Translations under genes and position numbers: made by a program
NCBI GenBank assembly: GCA_951406725.2
Contig: OX597814.1
Location: forward strand, 15,872,001-15,936,000
From: Octopus vulgaris
Taxonomy: Eukaryota
Reading direction: 5' to 3'
Length of the DNA: 64,000 bases
Shown: positions 1 to 13,697 of the stretch, one piece after another
Position numbering within the stretch: position 1 is the first letter of the stretch
Layout of the letters: each line of letters begins with the position of its first letter
The notes under the pieces: generated by a model
What the model was told of the DNA's origin: nothing
The model's input: the letters and a program-made list of their open reading frames with translations, nothing else
Database searches by the model: none

Positions 1-310
1 GGTTATATACATTCTTGTAATTTGTATTTTGTTTTTGTTGTTGTTGCTTTTGTTCTAATTTTGTTCATGTGTTTACATCCACCCATTATTATCATTACAT
101 ATGCTTGTATGTATGTATAACAACAATATTAGTAATAATAATAATAAATCTAATCGGAAAAAAAAAAAAAAAAGAATATACATATATATATATACATACA
201 TATACATATACATATATATACATATATACACACATACATACACATATAGATATTCATTTCTATTTCTTTAATTACCTGTGTATTTATTATGTTTGCAGGA
301 TCCACTATTG

Positions 311-2122
311 TCATATGTTGTGGTGTGCGCTATTGCTCCATTCTAGTTTTCTATTCAGGCTAGGTTTATTTTCTATTATATGTGTAGCTTCTGTAATTTG
401 TCTAATTGTTGCATCTGTTCTATGTGTGGACAATATCTTAATCTCTATGTTATTGATTGATCCCCCGTGTTCTTGTTCGGCGTGTTGGTACAGAATCGAT
501 GAGCTTTTACCTTCCTTGAGTTGTCTCCAATGGTCATTCACCCGCTCACCAATGCTTCTTGCAGTTTCCCCTACGTATGTTACTGTCTTGTTACTGCATC
601 GTCCCTCTATACATCTTATACTATAGACCACATTTCTGGCTTTACAGTTCGTTTGTGGGCTAAATCTACATACAGTGCAATAGTTATCCGTACAGAGAGT
701 TCTACTAAAAGGATAGCTTCTACCAATTATAGATCTGATAGGATTGCCTGGCTTTTCAACAACCTTAATTCTTAGTTTAAGTTTATCTAGGGTCCTTCTA
801 AAGCGGTACGCTAGTTCACCTCCAGGGGTGGTGTCAACGAACATGACACTCTGGTATTTATGGCTATCATACCAAGAGTTGGCCTTCCCTATTTTCTTTT
901 TTGTCCTTTCTATAGTGTTCCATGACTTGTTCCTATAGAGTGGGCAAATCCCATTCCTATCATTACATAATATATTATCAAATTTCTTCATGGCTCCTTT
1001 GTATACTCTGATCCTTTCTTTATGGCTGTAACCTGAGAACTGCATGCGGTGAATGAAATACTGTATGTGTCTCTTTAATTCTGTAGGCTCGCACATGCGT
1101 GACACATTTCTCATTATTCTGACGAGGTCTGCCATCAAAATATTGAATTTGGCATTGCCCGCAATGGCTGAGTTCCGGTGGATCAGGTATTTTGAGGCCA
1201 TAGGTTTTGCATAGTATGAATGAAGGATTTGGGTTTTATTTTTCACAATTTCTAGCCAGAGTTCAGTGTCTAGTACTGGTAGTCTATGGTTGGGGTGTTT
1301 AGTGGGGTAGTCTATTGTGACCTTAATACTCTGGTGGATGGAGTTAGCTATTTGCTGGATGCTCTCCATAGTATTAGTTTCTATTACTATATCAACAGTA
1401 CTCTCTTGTGGGGGTGCCTTTACTACTATATTGATATCATCAACATAGCGAGAGTACATGTTTACGAGTATGGATTTCTGCAGTAGGCATTCTTTAAGCC
1501 TTCTGTCCAACCATACCATGAAGAGGTTGGCCACATCACCAGCGATACTAACACCGATGGCTGCCCCCTCGTCCTGGGCATATATTTTATTATTAAATTT
1601 AAATGTGTGGCCTTTTAGGGTAACTCTTATACTAGCTCCTAGTGCATGTGCGATCATTTTCTTTACCTGATGGACATTTGCGGGGCTCCGTATGGCTCTG
1701 GTCCATCCGCGCCATCTTTCTATATGTGTCTTCCTAGCCATAGAAGTAATTGTAGGCGGTCTACCTCTTAAACATCTACTGGGGCAGAAACTACTAAGAT
1801 TATGTTTATCTAAGTATTCACTATTATATGTCAGTCTAAGTAGGAGGCCCAGTTCTTCTGTGTCGACATTACAGAACTCCACCTGGCTCTCGTTGATCAT
1901 CTCCACGCACTTCTCCACTGCAAAATCTACGTCAATCGATGGGTATAGGGATACCACATCCATGCTACCTACTATACATCCTGTCAAGTCACAAGTTTTG
2001 TTACAGTCACTGATCCTGCTTAGGAGATCTTCTGTGCTGTCACACACATCAGGTGACATCCTGATTATAGGGCGTAGGATCATTGAGAGGAAGTAGGAGA
2101 TTCTGTAATTGCTAGCGATATT
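311..2122 (-). CDS. Penelope-like element ORF: reverse transcriptase plus C-terminal GIY-YIG endonuclease, 5'-truncated
   Basis: The 590-aa ORF has PLE RT motifs (GSMDVVSLYPSID, QDEGAAIGVSIAGDVANLFM, SRYVDDI, LPVLDT). It also has a CxxxxCxxC linker and a GIY-YIG domain (NVVYSIRC...YVGETARSIGERVNDH...LYQH...EATHI...PSLN). The frame stays open upstream of Met 2083 (NIASNYRISYFLS) to the junction at about 2122. Confidence 0.95.
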   Translation of the reverse strand, partial: NIASNYRISYFLSMILRPIIRMSPDVCDSTEDLLSRISDCNKTCDLTGCIVGSMDVVSLYPSIDVDFAVEKCVEMINESQVEFCNVDTEELGLLLRLTYNSEYLDKHNLSSFCPSRCLRGRPPTITSMARKTHIERWRGWTRAIRSPANVHQVKKMIAHALGASIRVTLKGHTFKFNNKIYAQDEGAAIGVSIAGDVANLFMVWLDRRLKECLLQKSILVNMYSRYVDDINIVVKAPPQESTVDIVIETNTMESIQQIANSIHQSIKVTIDYPTKHPNHRLPVLDTELWLEIVKNKTQILHSYYAKPMASKYLIHRNSAIAGNAKFNILMADLVRIMRNVSRMCEPTELKRHIQYFIHRMQFSGYSHKERIRVYKGAMKKFDNILCNDRNGICPLYRNKSWNTIERTKKKIGKANSWYDSHKYQSVMFVDTTPGGELAYRFRRTLDKLKLRIKVVEKPGNPIRSIIGRSYPFSRTLCTDNYCTVCRFSPQTNCKARNVVYSIRCIEGRCSNKTVTYVGETARSIGERVNDHWRQLKEGKSSSILYQHAEQEHGGSINNIEIKILSTHRTDATIRQITEATHIIENKPSLNRKLEWSNSAHHNI

Positions 2123-2434
2123 CGATTAGATTTATTATTATTATTACTAATATTGTTGTTATACATACATACAAGCATATGTAATGATAATAATGGGTGG
2201 ATGTAAACACATGAACAAAATTAGAACAAAAGCAACAACAACAAAAACAAAATACAAATTACAAGAATGTATATAACCAGAAGATACAAATATTACAGGC
2301 ATCCCCCACACACACACTAAATAAACATAGACGCACATAGAGATATAAGCATGCGCAAATGAAGACATACAATAGAAATACAAAATGGCTGACGGTTAGT
2401 AAGGAGAGACACAAGTAAGTGAGAAGAAAACAAA

Positions 2435-2479
2435 GGACCACTGATGCGGTCACAGGAGTGTGACGAAAGAACTTTGGCC
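2435..2479 (+). ncRNA. Minimal type-I hammerhead-like motif in the inverted Penelope pLTR
   Basis: GGACCA-CUGAUGC-G-GUCACA(GGAG)UGUGAC-GAAA-G(AA)C-UU-UGGCC; A9->C variant, very short helix III. Confidence 0.65.
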
Positions 2480-2650
2480 GAAATAAGATTAAGATTAATG
2501 TAAAAAATAAATATCACTGAAGCAAAATAACACCAAATATATAGTGTGTGTTTTTATTGTAAACTGGCAATATGACCATTCCGAAATATAACAATATCTG
2601 TTTCAACACACGACTTCACATAAAAAATCTTGCACAACAAATATTTAAAC

Positions 2651-2759
<109 letters not shown>

Positions 2760-3291
2760 TCTCTCGATGAGGGTATGAATGTCTAAAAACGTCGGATATG
2801 GATCTAGGAGGTCTACTGTTCCAAACTAACAGTAAAAGATAAGAAAATATGAAAAATATAAAGTAAGAAATATAAAACTTGAACACGGTCGTGTTTTTGA
2901 TTAAACACAGACACAGAGATACAGAGATACAGAGATACAGAGATAGATACACACATACATGCGCACATAAACATGCATATAAATTTGTTCATTGGAATGT
3001 ATAGATCATGTGGAATCTTCGCACTGACAATACAGTTACAGACACATTTCTGAGTACAAGTATTTCCCAGTCATTAATAGTTCAAGACTGCTATCAAAAT
3101 CTCAGGAGTTCACACCACTGCTGATTCTTCGTTCCGTGTATAAATGAGGAGTAACACTTTCGTTGGTGATCTGAACAAGGAAGCCGCACCAGAATGAAAG
3201 AACCATTTTAGTCAAAGGCTTGATTTATCACTAAAACTGCAAGAAACGATTCATCACAGAAACAACCGAGGAAAGTGTTTTATGTATTGTT

Positions 3292-3493
3292 CTTTTATTC
3301 TTTTACCTGTTTCAGTCATGTGACTGTGGCCATGCTGGAGCACCGCCTTTAATCGAGCAAATCGACCCCCAGGATTTATCCTTTGTAAGCTTAGTACTTA
3401 TTCTATCGGTCTCTTTTGCCGACCCACTAAGTTACGGGGAGACACCAGTATCGGTTGTCAAGCAATGCTAGGGGAACAAACGCAGACACACAA

Positions 3494-3538
<45 letters not shown>

Positions 3539-3678
3539 CGGCAGGCTTCTTTCAGTTTCCGTCTACCAAATCCACTCACAAGGCTTTGGTGAGCCCGCAG
3601 GTGCCACGCAGTGGGACTGAACCCGGAACCATGTGGTTGGTAAGCAAGCTACTTACCACAGAGCCACTCCTACGCCTA
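3292..3678 (-). mobile_element. tRNA-derived SINE, family A, internally deleted
   Basis: Head GGAGTGGCT..TGTGGTAAGTAGCTTGCT..GGTTCAGTCCC, central (TG)n and tail ..CTCCAGCATGGCC..GACTGAAACA, all shared with many copies in the window. Confidence 0.85.
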
Positions 3679-4427
3679 TGTGTATGTATATTACTCTTGG
3701 GATAACTCCCTCATAGACGGGAAGGTTTCAACTGGAAAGTCCTTGATTATAAGTTCGCTCTGTCAGAGCTAATCTGTGGTTAGCTTCAATGACAACGTAA
3801 AAAATCATGCCACCGTCGTTTACCTCTGCCCCTACCGCTTCCATCACCTCTAGGACAACGACGACAGCGACCACCACCAACACTATCACCATCATCTCCA
3901 CTAGAACCACAACCATGAAGTCCCACCACCACCACTACCATTTCAAGCAATCGATTTAAGCATATGGGACATTTCACATACTTCTGGGGGCAATTGACAA
4001 TCACACACAAATACACAGATACACAAATTCATAAACACACACAAATACACAAACTCACATACACACCTAAATAATGACACATACACATAGACGCGTACAA
4101 ATATACACATACATGCGCACACTTACACATAAGCATACTCACAGATAGGTACTTATCTGCATCTATAAAATCCTGTTATAGTATTTTTATCTTATTTTAG
4201 CAGAAGTATGTCTCCTGTTATCGTTTTGCTGTTTCTCCTTTCAGGTATGTACTTTCCAAAATGTTTTGCTTCGTTATTTTCAATATAAGGAGCACTCACA
4301 TTTTATGTCGTTTTATATGTTTTTATACGGTTATGTATATTCTATATTGTTTTACATAGCTCATGTGTGGATGCTGTTTTCATCAACTTCATCAAATCCT
4401 TTTATTGTGCAATACAAACGACCTATT

Positions 4428-4627
4428 TTCTCTTTTACTTGTTTCAGTCATGTGACTGTGGCCATGCTGGAGCACCGCCTTAAGTCGAGCAAATCGATCC
4501 CAGGACTTATTCTTTGTAAGCCTAGTACTCATTCTATCGTTTTTTTTTGCCGAACCGCTAAGTTACGGGGACGTAAACACACCAGCATCAGTTGTCAAGA
4601 GATGTTGTGGGGACAAACACAGACTCA

Positions 4628-4687
<60 letters not shown>

Positions 4688-4862
4688 TACATATACACGA
4701 TGGGCTTCTTTCAGTTTCCGTCTACCAAATCCACTCACAAGTCTTTGGTCGGCCCGAGGCTATAGTAGAAGACACTTGCCCAAGGTTCCACACAGTGAGA
4801 CTGAACCCGGAACCATGTGGTTCGTAAACAAGATACTTACCATACAGCCACTCCTACGCCTA
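4428..4862 (-). mobile_element. SINE family A, full length
   Basis: Same head, (CA)n and tail as 35518-35920. Confidence 0.88.
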
Positions 4863-6904
4863 TGATGAAGCACTCAGCAATGGGAGTGAGAGCTAATTTC
4901 TATGACTGCTTGAAACCCTTTATTCTTGATCGCAAGCAGTCAGGGTACTGGGACATTTGGAAACCAACAAGGATTTGCCCTTGCGCCCCTGTTGCTCATA
5001 GCATGCATTATTTAAACAAATGTCAACTTGAAGCATATTACTGTACTATGTTAAAAAGATGCAGATGAGAATAATTTGTACCTGTGGATAAAATAAGCAG
5101 ATTCTGTACACAATAACTCTTACTTGCAATGTGACTTACACATAATTCTCATATAAACATATAAAAGTTTTCCATCATACTGTTTCTTCACACTTTAGTT
5201 TTACGGCTTAATTAAGATCTATAGAAACATCTGCGATCAGAGACGTCGAAAAATACATCTGATCATAGCAAGTACCAAATATCGCTCCAGAAAGTAGAGT
5301 GGTTCTTCTTGTATCTACATAACTGATCGCCGCACACTTATTAACGAATCTAAAAAGCAGCCAGTAACTGAAATAAATTTTCTATAAATTTCCCTCAGCT
5401 TTACAGCCTAGATGTGCGCTACATATGCACAGTATACCACAGGCAAAGCCATGAAACAGGTCACATTTTCTATTGCAATGGATTGATACATGGAAACGAA
5501 ATTCCGAAAGATATTGTCTGCTAGGTGCTATACAGCATATTTTCCGGAGCATGTGAGCGTCACAAGGTGAAGCGGGGTCAAATATGTAAGCCACGAATTA
5601 CTGTTGCCAGCAAGTCAGTGTCGGAATTAATGGCGGAACAAAAGAGATATAAAATGAAAGAGATTAACGAAAATAAGATTTGTATCAACCAATCATAATG
5701 CGATGAATCAGATGGAAAATCAATTAAGCTACTCTCTTTGGAAGCCTGAGCACTCTCTCACAGTAACAAGTCGTGGATATACTTTAAGAAATAATCATAT
5801 TCTATGCAACTCAACAACAGAGAAGAAATCTGCCCACTCAGTTCGAAGAAAGGCCAGTCATATCAGAGAATGAATTACTAGACAGCGATCTACAACTATA
5901 ACTGAAGGGCTAATATTGTTTAAAAATTACCTTCATAAAGCGAAGACTTATACATTCGATGAACGATGCAACAATTACACGAGAGACAATCAGAACGCTT
6001 ACAAAGTAACTTCCAAAATTCACAAGTACTCTTAACTCCTAAATTGTAGAAAGACACTTCATTACAAAATAGAAATACATCTTGGACAGTATCTAATACC
6101 GCATTTCTGACCCTTTATTTAAAAGAACATAAATCAGTTCAGTAGATGAACTCGAATACTGACTGAATAAGCATTTAGATATTTACGAGTAACGTGGCTT
6201 GAGTTGACACTCTTTAGTTAGTTTGTTAATCAATATTGTCACTTTTTTTTATATATCTTTTATCATATGCTCTTCGTATTGACTACCCACACAACTTTTC
6301 CGTTTGCTCATCCTTGTTATAAATCTACCGATATACGTGTAACTTAAATCCCACGTTCTTGCACTGACCTACTAATCACAATATAAGTATGTTTTGTGAA
6401 ATATACAATTGCATAATAAGAAGATAGTATGAGATAAATATACACTCTGTTTTAGTCGATTGATTCGTATGCTAGATATTTCTCATTTACAATACCTTCT
6501 TCATATTCCGTCATAAAAAATAAATAAAAAATGTTTTTCGATTTCTGAACCTTAGTTCCAGTTTGAAGAAGGCATAGAGAGAATTGACGACTTTCAGGCA
6601 TGTTGCACCGGTACATTCATGAACAATGTATTTAAAAAGGAAACAATGCTTAAAATGATATCTATCGTTGATAGTATCCTACAAATTTTGTGGTTTACAA
6701 TAGACTGAATGTTAATCGATAGGTAATTGTTATTTAGCCCATAACACTGGCTGAAGTGTCACGTCTATTCAGTAATTTATAATTTTTATTTCAAGAGCTA
6801 CGGTGGTTTATTCAACAAAATATATCATAATTGCAACAGAATTGAGATAGAAATAGTTCTCTATTTGAATAAATATATTCTCTATTTGAAATCATTTTTA
6901 TCCT

Positions 6905-7600
6905 GCAAATAATAACAATAATAATATATAATGAAATTATTGTTTACAGTGCTCAGATGCACCACAACTTGTCAAAAGTGCGTATAGAGCATATGCAGTA
7001 ATGTACAAATGTCTGAGGAGTGAACAGTGTATGAGTCAGATACATGCTTGCATGTGTATGGAGGGGAGAAAAACTGGTGTAGTGTTGGCGAATCTCAGGA
7101 AGCATGAAAGTTTTGAAGGATGCAGTACTCCGACAACTAACAACTGATGCCGGCAGTTTGTTCCATGCTTCAGCAACTCTTAGCGTGAAAAAATGTTTCT
7201 GAAAGTCATGGGAGCTGTGCTGTTTTCTGACTTTGTCCACGGGTGTTAGACAGGTGGAGTTTGAAAAGGAGCTCAGAGTTATTGTTAGAAAGATGGTTAA
7301 TAATTTTATGGGTGTCTGCCAAGTCAGCTGCCAGACGTCGGAGTTTCAATGTATCCATGCCCAGGGAAGTAAGGCGTTCAGAATATGGCAAATGCCTGAT
7401 GGAGGGTATTCTCTTGGTTGCACGTCGCTGAACGGTTTCCAGACGATTAATATCCTGGGTAAGATAGGGCTTCCAGACTGGTGATGCAAATTCCAGGTGA
7501 GGCCGCACCATAGCTGTATAAAGCCTCAGATAGATAGCCGGAGAGCGGCTCACAAGGGACTTGGTAAGTGATGCCAAGACACCCTCAGCCTTCTTGGCAA
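6905..7600 (-). mobile_element. CR1/L2-type LINE 3' fragment (ORF2 C-terminus and 3' UTR)
   Basis: LYTAMVRPHLEFASPVWKPYLTQDINRLETVQRRATKRIP..LPYSERL..RRLAADL, then a frameshifted FFTLRVAEAWNKLPASVV and an (ATT)-like tail. Confidence 0.9.
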
Positions 7601-8084
7601 ATGAATACTTTACTTACTAAATGCATTAAATATTGTTTAATTGCATTGTCTTTAGATATAAACGATATTTTCTTTGTTAGTTGATTTTTGTGACACAACT
7701 AAATATGACTGTTTTATTTTGTTGTTTTATTATTGAAAGGTTGATTGGTAGAGCATGAATTTCTGAGGAAGAATGAATGAGTGAATTCTCTAATTGATCC
7801 ACTATGCAAAGGTTCTAATATAACGATATTAGAACTCATACAGAATGGGTCGACGGAAAGTGGAATACAATCGAATGAATTCCCATCAGTTTCTTTATCA
7901 TAATATACATCAATAAGGTTTATACAAGATACATTCTCTTCAATATTTCATGGTCTGTGTTGCTTATATTTGTGTTACTTTTTCGAATTTCACCAGAAGC
8001 TACTTCATTTTCATCTTCATACAACCCTGATATTTTTAAGAAAAGAAAGGATGCCGCGCAATTTCATTCACCTGCCATGAAAAT

Positions 8085-8590
<506 letters not shown>

Positions 8591-9695
8591 TATACCTTCA
8601 ACAAGATACCTTAAAATATAGCGGAACATGTATATATTATGATAGAGGCCAAAATATTTGTATTGCATTTTTATATTTATTTTTATAATTTAAAATGTAC
8701 AAATAAGTTCTTTTCTATTACCAGGAGCCGTTCTGAATACAGCAGCTCCATCTAAACAAGAAAAATGCGGACTGTGTTTTATGCTTGTTATATTTAAGAT
8801 ATGTGGAACTGATGGAGTCACTTATTCAAACTTTTGCGAACTAAACAGAGCAGTTTGCCTGTAAGTAAAGCTTACGAAGGCAGATTTTGCCATTTCTGTA
8901 CTAACTACTAACAGCCATTTTCTTTTCTGCAGCCCACAAATTACATGCAAATGCATATACAAATATATACATATGATGCTATCAACAACAAACGTGCAGG
9001 TGGAGTTCATCGAGAATCTGACGTTAAACATTTTCTCCAAAGAAGATGCGGAGCTAATGCATTCTTCTGTATTGAACAAAATAAAGATCTTTTACAAATT
9101 AGTTTTCGTAGTTAAGAACGGATTGAAAAACAAATCATTTTCACAACTTCGGATTTTTTTTTCTTGAGGAACAAACCTCGTTTGAGATTACTTATTTGTT
9201 AAATAAATCTTTATTTTAAATTAATGTAAATTTGAGTGTGTATCTGTGTGTGCTTATACATATATGGATGCAAAATCTCTCTTCCTCTCTCATATATACA
9301 TATTATATAACTTGGTTTAAACAAGACAAAATTTAGATAATCCTCCTATAGTTAAGATTTACATCAACATAATAAATACATATAACACAATAAATACACC
9401 AAAACAAGAAATATATCAATATATTATTTAGAAGAGATATAAGAAATAGAAAACACTCCATCTAAGTCTATTATTGAATTCCGTTGTTTTATGAAAAGGA
9501 GTTTCCATCCGTCGGTGGTATTGGGATATTTTGGATAGATATACCCCAAAATTGTTTCTTCATATCTTCGCAATCTGTAAGAAGTGCTCAAATGAGCCAA
9601 GGAAATAAATATATTGTTTTCTCTTGGCTCCTTTGAGCAATTCTTACAATTTTTGAACATATCTAACAAATATACATACATACATGCATACATAC

Positions 9696-9803
<108 letters not shown>

Positions 9804-9944
9804 ATAGATATGCATGTATACATATATATATATGTGTGTGTGTATAGGTATGTTTGTATATGTATGGCATGAATATATATGAATATATATATATGTATAT
9901 ATATAGGTATGTATATATATGTATGGTATGTATATATATATATG

Positions 9945-9989
<45 letters not shown>

Positions 9990-9995
<6 letters not shown>

Positions 9996-10262
9996 CAAAT
10001 GAAAGACAGAAGATAGAACATACGAAACTATACTATTAATCACAACAATTGTTTCGACATATCTAGCAACGGTAAGTTGCATTATAGAACAGTTATTTTA
10101 ACGAGTTTTTATTTATTTATCATACGACGAGATACGTCTGCATCACCGGATACTCCTGAACTAGTTTTCGTGTGTCCCACAAGAGAAGTCGATGCTAGAT
10201 GTGTCGAAACAATTGTTGTGATTAATAATATATGCTCATATATTCCATCTGCTTTTCATTTG

Positions 10263-10270
<8 letters not shown>
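9990..10270. mobile_element. Fold-back element (arms about 9990-10068 and 10193-10270) with a degenerate long-helix-II hammerhead at 10119-10222 (+)
   Basis: AUCAU-aCGACGA-GAUACGUCUGCAUC...GAUGCUAGAUGUGUC-GAAAC(AAUU)GUU-GUGAU; same family as 27415-27905. Confidence 0.7.
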
Positions 10271-10323
<53 letters not shown>

Positions 10324-10830
10324 AATATACGTTCATATATGAATGCACATACATATGTTAAACGAAGTGTACAGCATTATATATCCATTACGGCCGATCT
10401 TAGTAATCGGTTTTGCACTTGGTGTTCAACGGAATGTTTGGTAACTGCCCGATTATGTAACCCTGCGCTCTTCAACGTATGTGTGTGTGTGTGTGTGTCT
10501 GTATGTATGTATATATGTATGTATCATTAATGTATTTTTCTTATCGCTGCAGGGGGAAGAAAGCGAACGGAGTGCCAGTAAGAACACTTCATTATGGTCC
10601 ATGCAAAGGATCCGTGGTTGGATAAAAAAAAAGGCAAAGAGAACCTTGTTATAATTGTGAAAGTGAATAAAATATAACTACATAATATTATGTTGGTTTC
10701 ATTTTACAACAGATTTTGATTCTTTGTCAGGTGCAGTGCAATTCCAATGTAGCTGTGTGCGTTCTGTGGAAGAGTTGCATGTGTTCATTGCAGCTGAAGA
10801 TCGACGCCATTCTGAAGCAATGACTTCCGT

Positions 10831-10937
<107 letters not shown>

Positions 10938-11643
10938 TACACATAGGAAAAATTTGACAAGACAGTCAGTCGCCCGCTGACACTCGATGCTACATCGAAG
11001 AGGCCAGGGAACAGAAGAAAGAAGAAGAAAGAAGATATGCACCCAACACCAGAGCTGAAGACACCTCCGAAAGTGGGGGCCCCGCCACGTCAAAATCGGT
11101 AGAGGAGTAGGGACCGAAACCGGACGTGGTTCCTCCTGATGATGTATTGAGCTAACTGAATCCTATAAAGGAGCTGTTGTGGTTGCAGACCACGAAACAC
11201 AGTTGAAATTCCTCCATGTTGACAGTCGGATCTATACAACATCTAAGTTTCCCAAGCAGTCACCCATCTAAGTACTTACTAGAGTCGACATTGCTTTGCA
11301 TCGGTGATCGAACGAGAACAGATGCATTCAACAAGATATTCCTCACAAAATTTCAAAGCGTTTTGACAATATGGAAAATGAAATTTGTAATAGTGTAAAC
11401 GATAAATGTTTTACATTTCACTGAAATGCTAAAGAAATTTCAGAAATTCCAATGTGTGCGTGTGTTGAGCTCTTTTCGATGTAAATATAGTTAATGTAGT
11501 TTTTGTTTGACAAGGCTAACGTGTCTAAGTGTAGAATATTTCTACGTATTTGTAAACAAAGTGCAATTTCATCTATAAGGGGCAGGAACATCGGTTACCC
11601 ACAACAGCATATTCTTGCAGCAATGTAAAGGAGAGGAATACCT

Positions 11644-12690
11644 TTCTACTCTAGGTACAAAGCCCTAAATTTTGGAGTAAGGGGCCAGTCGATTAGATCG
11701 ACTCCAGTTTGCAACTGATACTTAATTTATCGACCACGAAAGAATGAAAAGCAGAGTCGACCTCGGTGAAATTTGAACTCAGAACGTAAAGATAGACGAA
11801 ATACCTATTTCTTTATTACCCACAAGGGGCTAAACACAGAGGGGACAAACAAGGACAGACATAGGTATTAAGTCGATTACATCGACCCCAGTGCGTAACT
11901 GGTACCTTAATTTAATCGATCCCGAAAGGATGAAAGGTAAAGTCGACCTCGGCGGAATTTGAACACAGAACGTAACGGCAGACGAAATACCGCTAAGCAT
12001 TTCGCCTAGCGTGCTAACGTTTCTTATTTCTTTATTGCCCACAAGGGACTAAACATAGAGGGGACAAAGAAGGAGAGACAAAGGGATTAAGACGATTACA
12101 TCGACCCCAGTGTGTAACTGGTACCTATTTAATCGATACCGAAAGGATGAAAGGCAAAGTCGACCTCGGCGGAATTTGAACTCAGAACGTAGCATCAGAC
12201 GAAATACCTATTTCTTTACTACCCAGAAGGGGCTAAACACAGAGGGGACAAACAAGGACAGACAAACGGATTAAGTCGATTATATCGACACCAGTGCGTA
12301 ACTGGTACTTAATTTATCGAACCCGAAAGGATGAAAGCAAAGTCGATCTCGGCGGAATTTTAACTCAGAACGTAACGGCAGACGAAATGCTGATAAGCAT
12401 TTTGCCCGGCGTGCTAACGTTTCTGCCAGCTCGCCGCCCTATAAAGATAGACGAAATACCTATTTCTTTACTACCCACAAGTGGCTGAACACAGAGAGGA
12501 CAAGCAAGGACAGACAATGGGATTAAGTCGATTATATCGACCAAAGTGCGTAACTGGTACTTAATTTATCGAATCCGAAAGGATGAAAGGCAAAGTGGAC
12601 CTCGGCGGAATTTGAACTCGGTACGTAACGGCAGACAACATACCACTAAGCATTTTCCCCGGCGTGCTAATGATTCTGCCAGCTCGCTGA
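11644..12690 (-). mobile_element. Tandem cluster of about 5 copies of SINE family B with a Nin/Deu-domain-like core
   Basis: Repeated GGCGAGCTGGCAGAAACGTTAGCACGCCGGG..GAGTTCAAATTCCGCCGAGGTCGACTTTGCCTTTCATCCTTTCGGGGTCGATAAATTAAGTACCAG on the minus strand; units about 180-240 bp. Confidence 0.85.
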
Positions 12691-13141
12691 CTTAATGAAA
12701 GAGAGGAATACTCGTCTTGTGAATCAGTAAATATGATTACATCTGAAAACAGCGAGAATATGAAACGAGGCAACGCGAGAACCTCGTTGCTTTCATTTGA
12801 CGTGTTGTATATATCTGTCAGATGCTCAGTGAGTTGCATTCTGTTTCATGGATACCATGGGACCAGGGCATTTTATAATGCAATTCACCATACATTATAC
12901 TTGACTACAGAATGGTAATAGCTACTGACCAACAGCTAAGTTTTTGAGTATAGGCCTGCTTGATTAGGGCTTATCTTAAGTAAAACAACTGCAATAACAG
13001 TCTCGAATATACTACAACATATGTAACCCGAGCACCAGCATCAAACAGCATCGTACATCATAACCACAAATCTTTAGATAGTGGGTACAAATATTTCTCT
13101 CTCAAAAAGTAAGATTTCGAAGTGTATATATTCTCCCTAAA

Positions 13142-13282
13142 AGGCGCGTTGCTTAGTGGTTAGAGTAACCGCTCACAATCGTAATGTTGTTAGTTCGATT
13201 CCTGGTGGTGCGTCGTGTACAAGGCATTGTACTTCACGTTGCTCCAGTCCACTCAACTGATAAAAATGAGTTGTATTTGTAA
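13142..13282 (+). mobile_element. Degenerate tRNA-headed SINE fragment
   Basis: A-box-like GCTTAGTGGTTAG, B-box-like GTTCGATTCC, then CTTCACGTTGCTCCAGTCCACTCA. Confidence 0.55.
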
Positions 13283-13499
13283 CTCAAAGAGCCAGAAATA
13301 AAGGACTCAGAACATAAAACCGGAAGAAATACCATCGGGCGTTTTATCTGACGAATTAACGATTTTGTCAGGTCAACGCCTTCCAAGCAGTGGAACGGGA
13401 TGCTGGTTGGATAATGGCAATCTATGTGAAGTTCTAACTCATACAATAGTTGTCGTACATCTAATTGTGCACACAAGATACATTACTTTCATATTTTGT

Positions 13500-13697
13500 C
13501 ATAAGACCAGCAAACTCGGGAGAGGGGGGTAAGTCGATTAAATCGACCCCCCCAATGCTCAACTGGTACATATTTTATCGTAGCCTGAAAGGATGAAAAG
13601 CAAAGTTGACTTTCGCAGAATTTGAACACTGAATGTTAAGACAGTAGAAATGCCACAAAGGATTTTTTCCCGTCGGGCTAACGATTCTGCTAGCTAC
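13500..13697 (-). mobile_element. SINE family B, diverged
   Basis: Matches the 11644-12690 unit (AAGTCGATTA..GAAAGGATGAAAAGCAAAGT..TTTGAAC..GCTAACGATTCTGC). Confidence 0.75.

Larger units (their letters stand above)
1..2650 (-). mobile_element. Penelope-like retroelement with inverted pseudo-LTR at its truncated 5' end
   Basis: 1-156 is the reverse complement of 2123-2278, so these inverted repeats flank the RT/GIY-YIG ORF. The left repeat runs off the window edge and the right boundary is approximate. Confidence 0.88.

Noticed and set aside
69-626. 185-aa plus-strand ORF and other ORFs antisense to the Penelope ORF
   Set aside because: Shadow frames and microsatellite translations with no domain features.
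11040-11215. CTGAAGA/CTGATGA and GAAAC motifs in a GC-richer island
   Set aside because: I could not assemble consistent helices I-III.
11644-12690. CRISPR-like appearance of recurring motifs
   Set aside because: Units are long homologous SINE copies without unique spacers, in a eukaryotic context.
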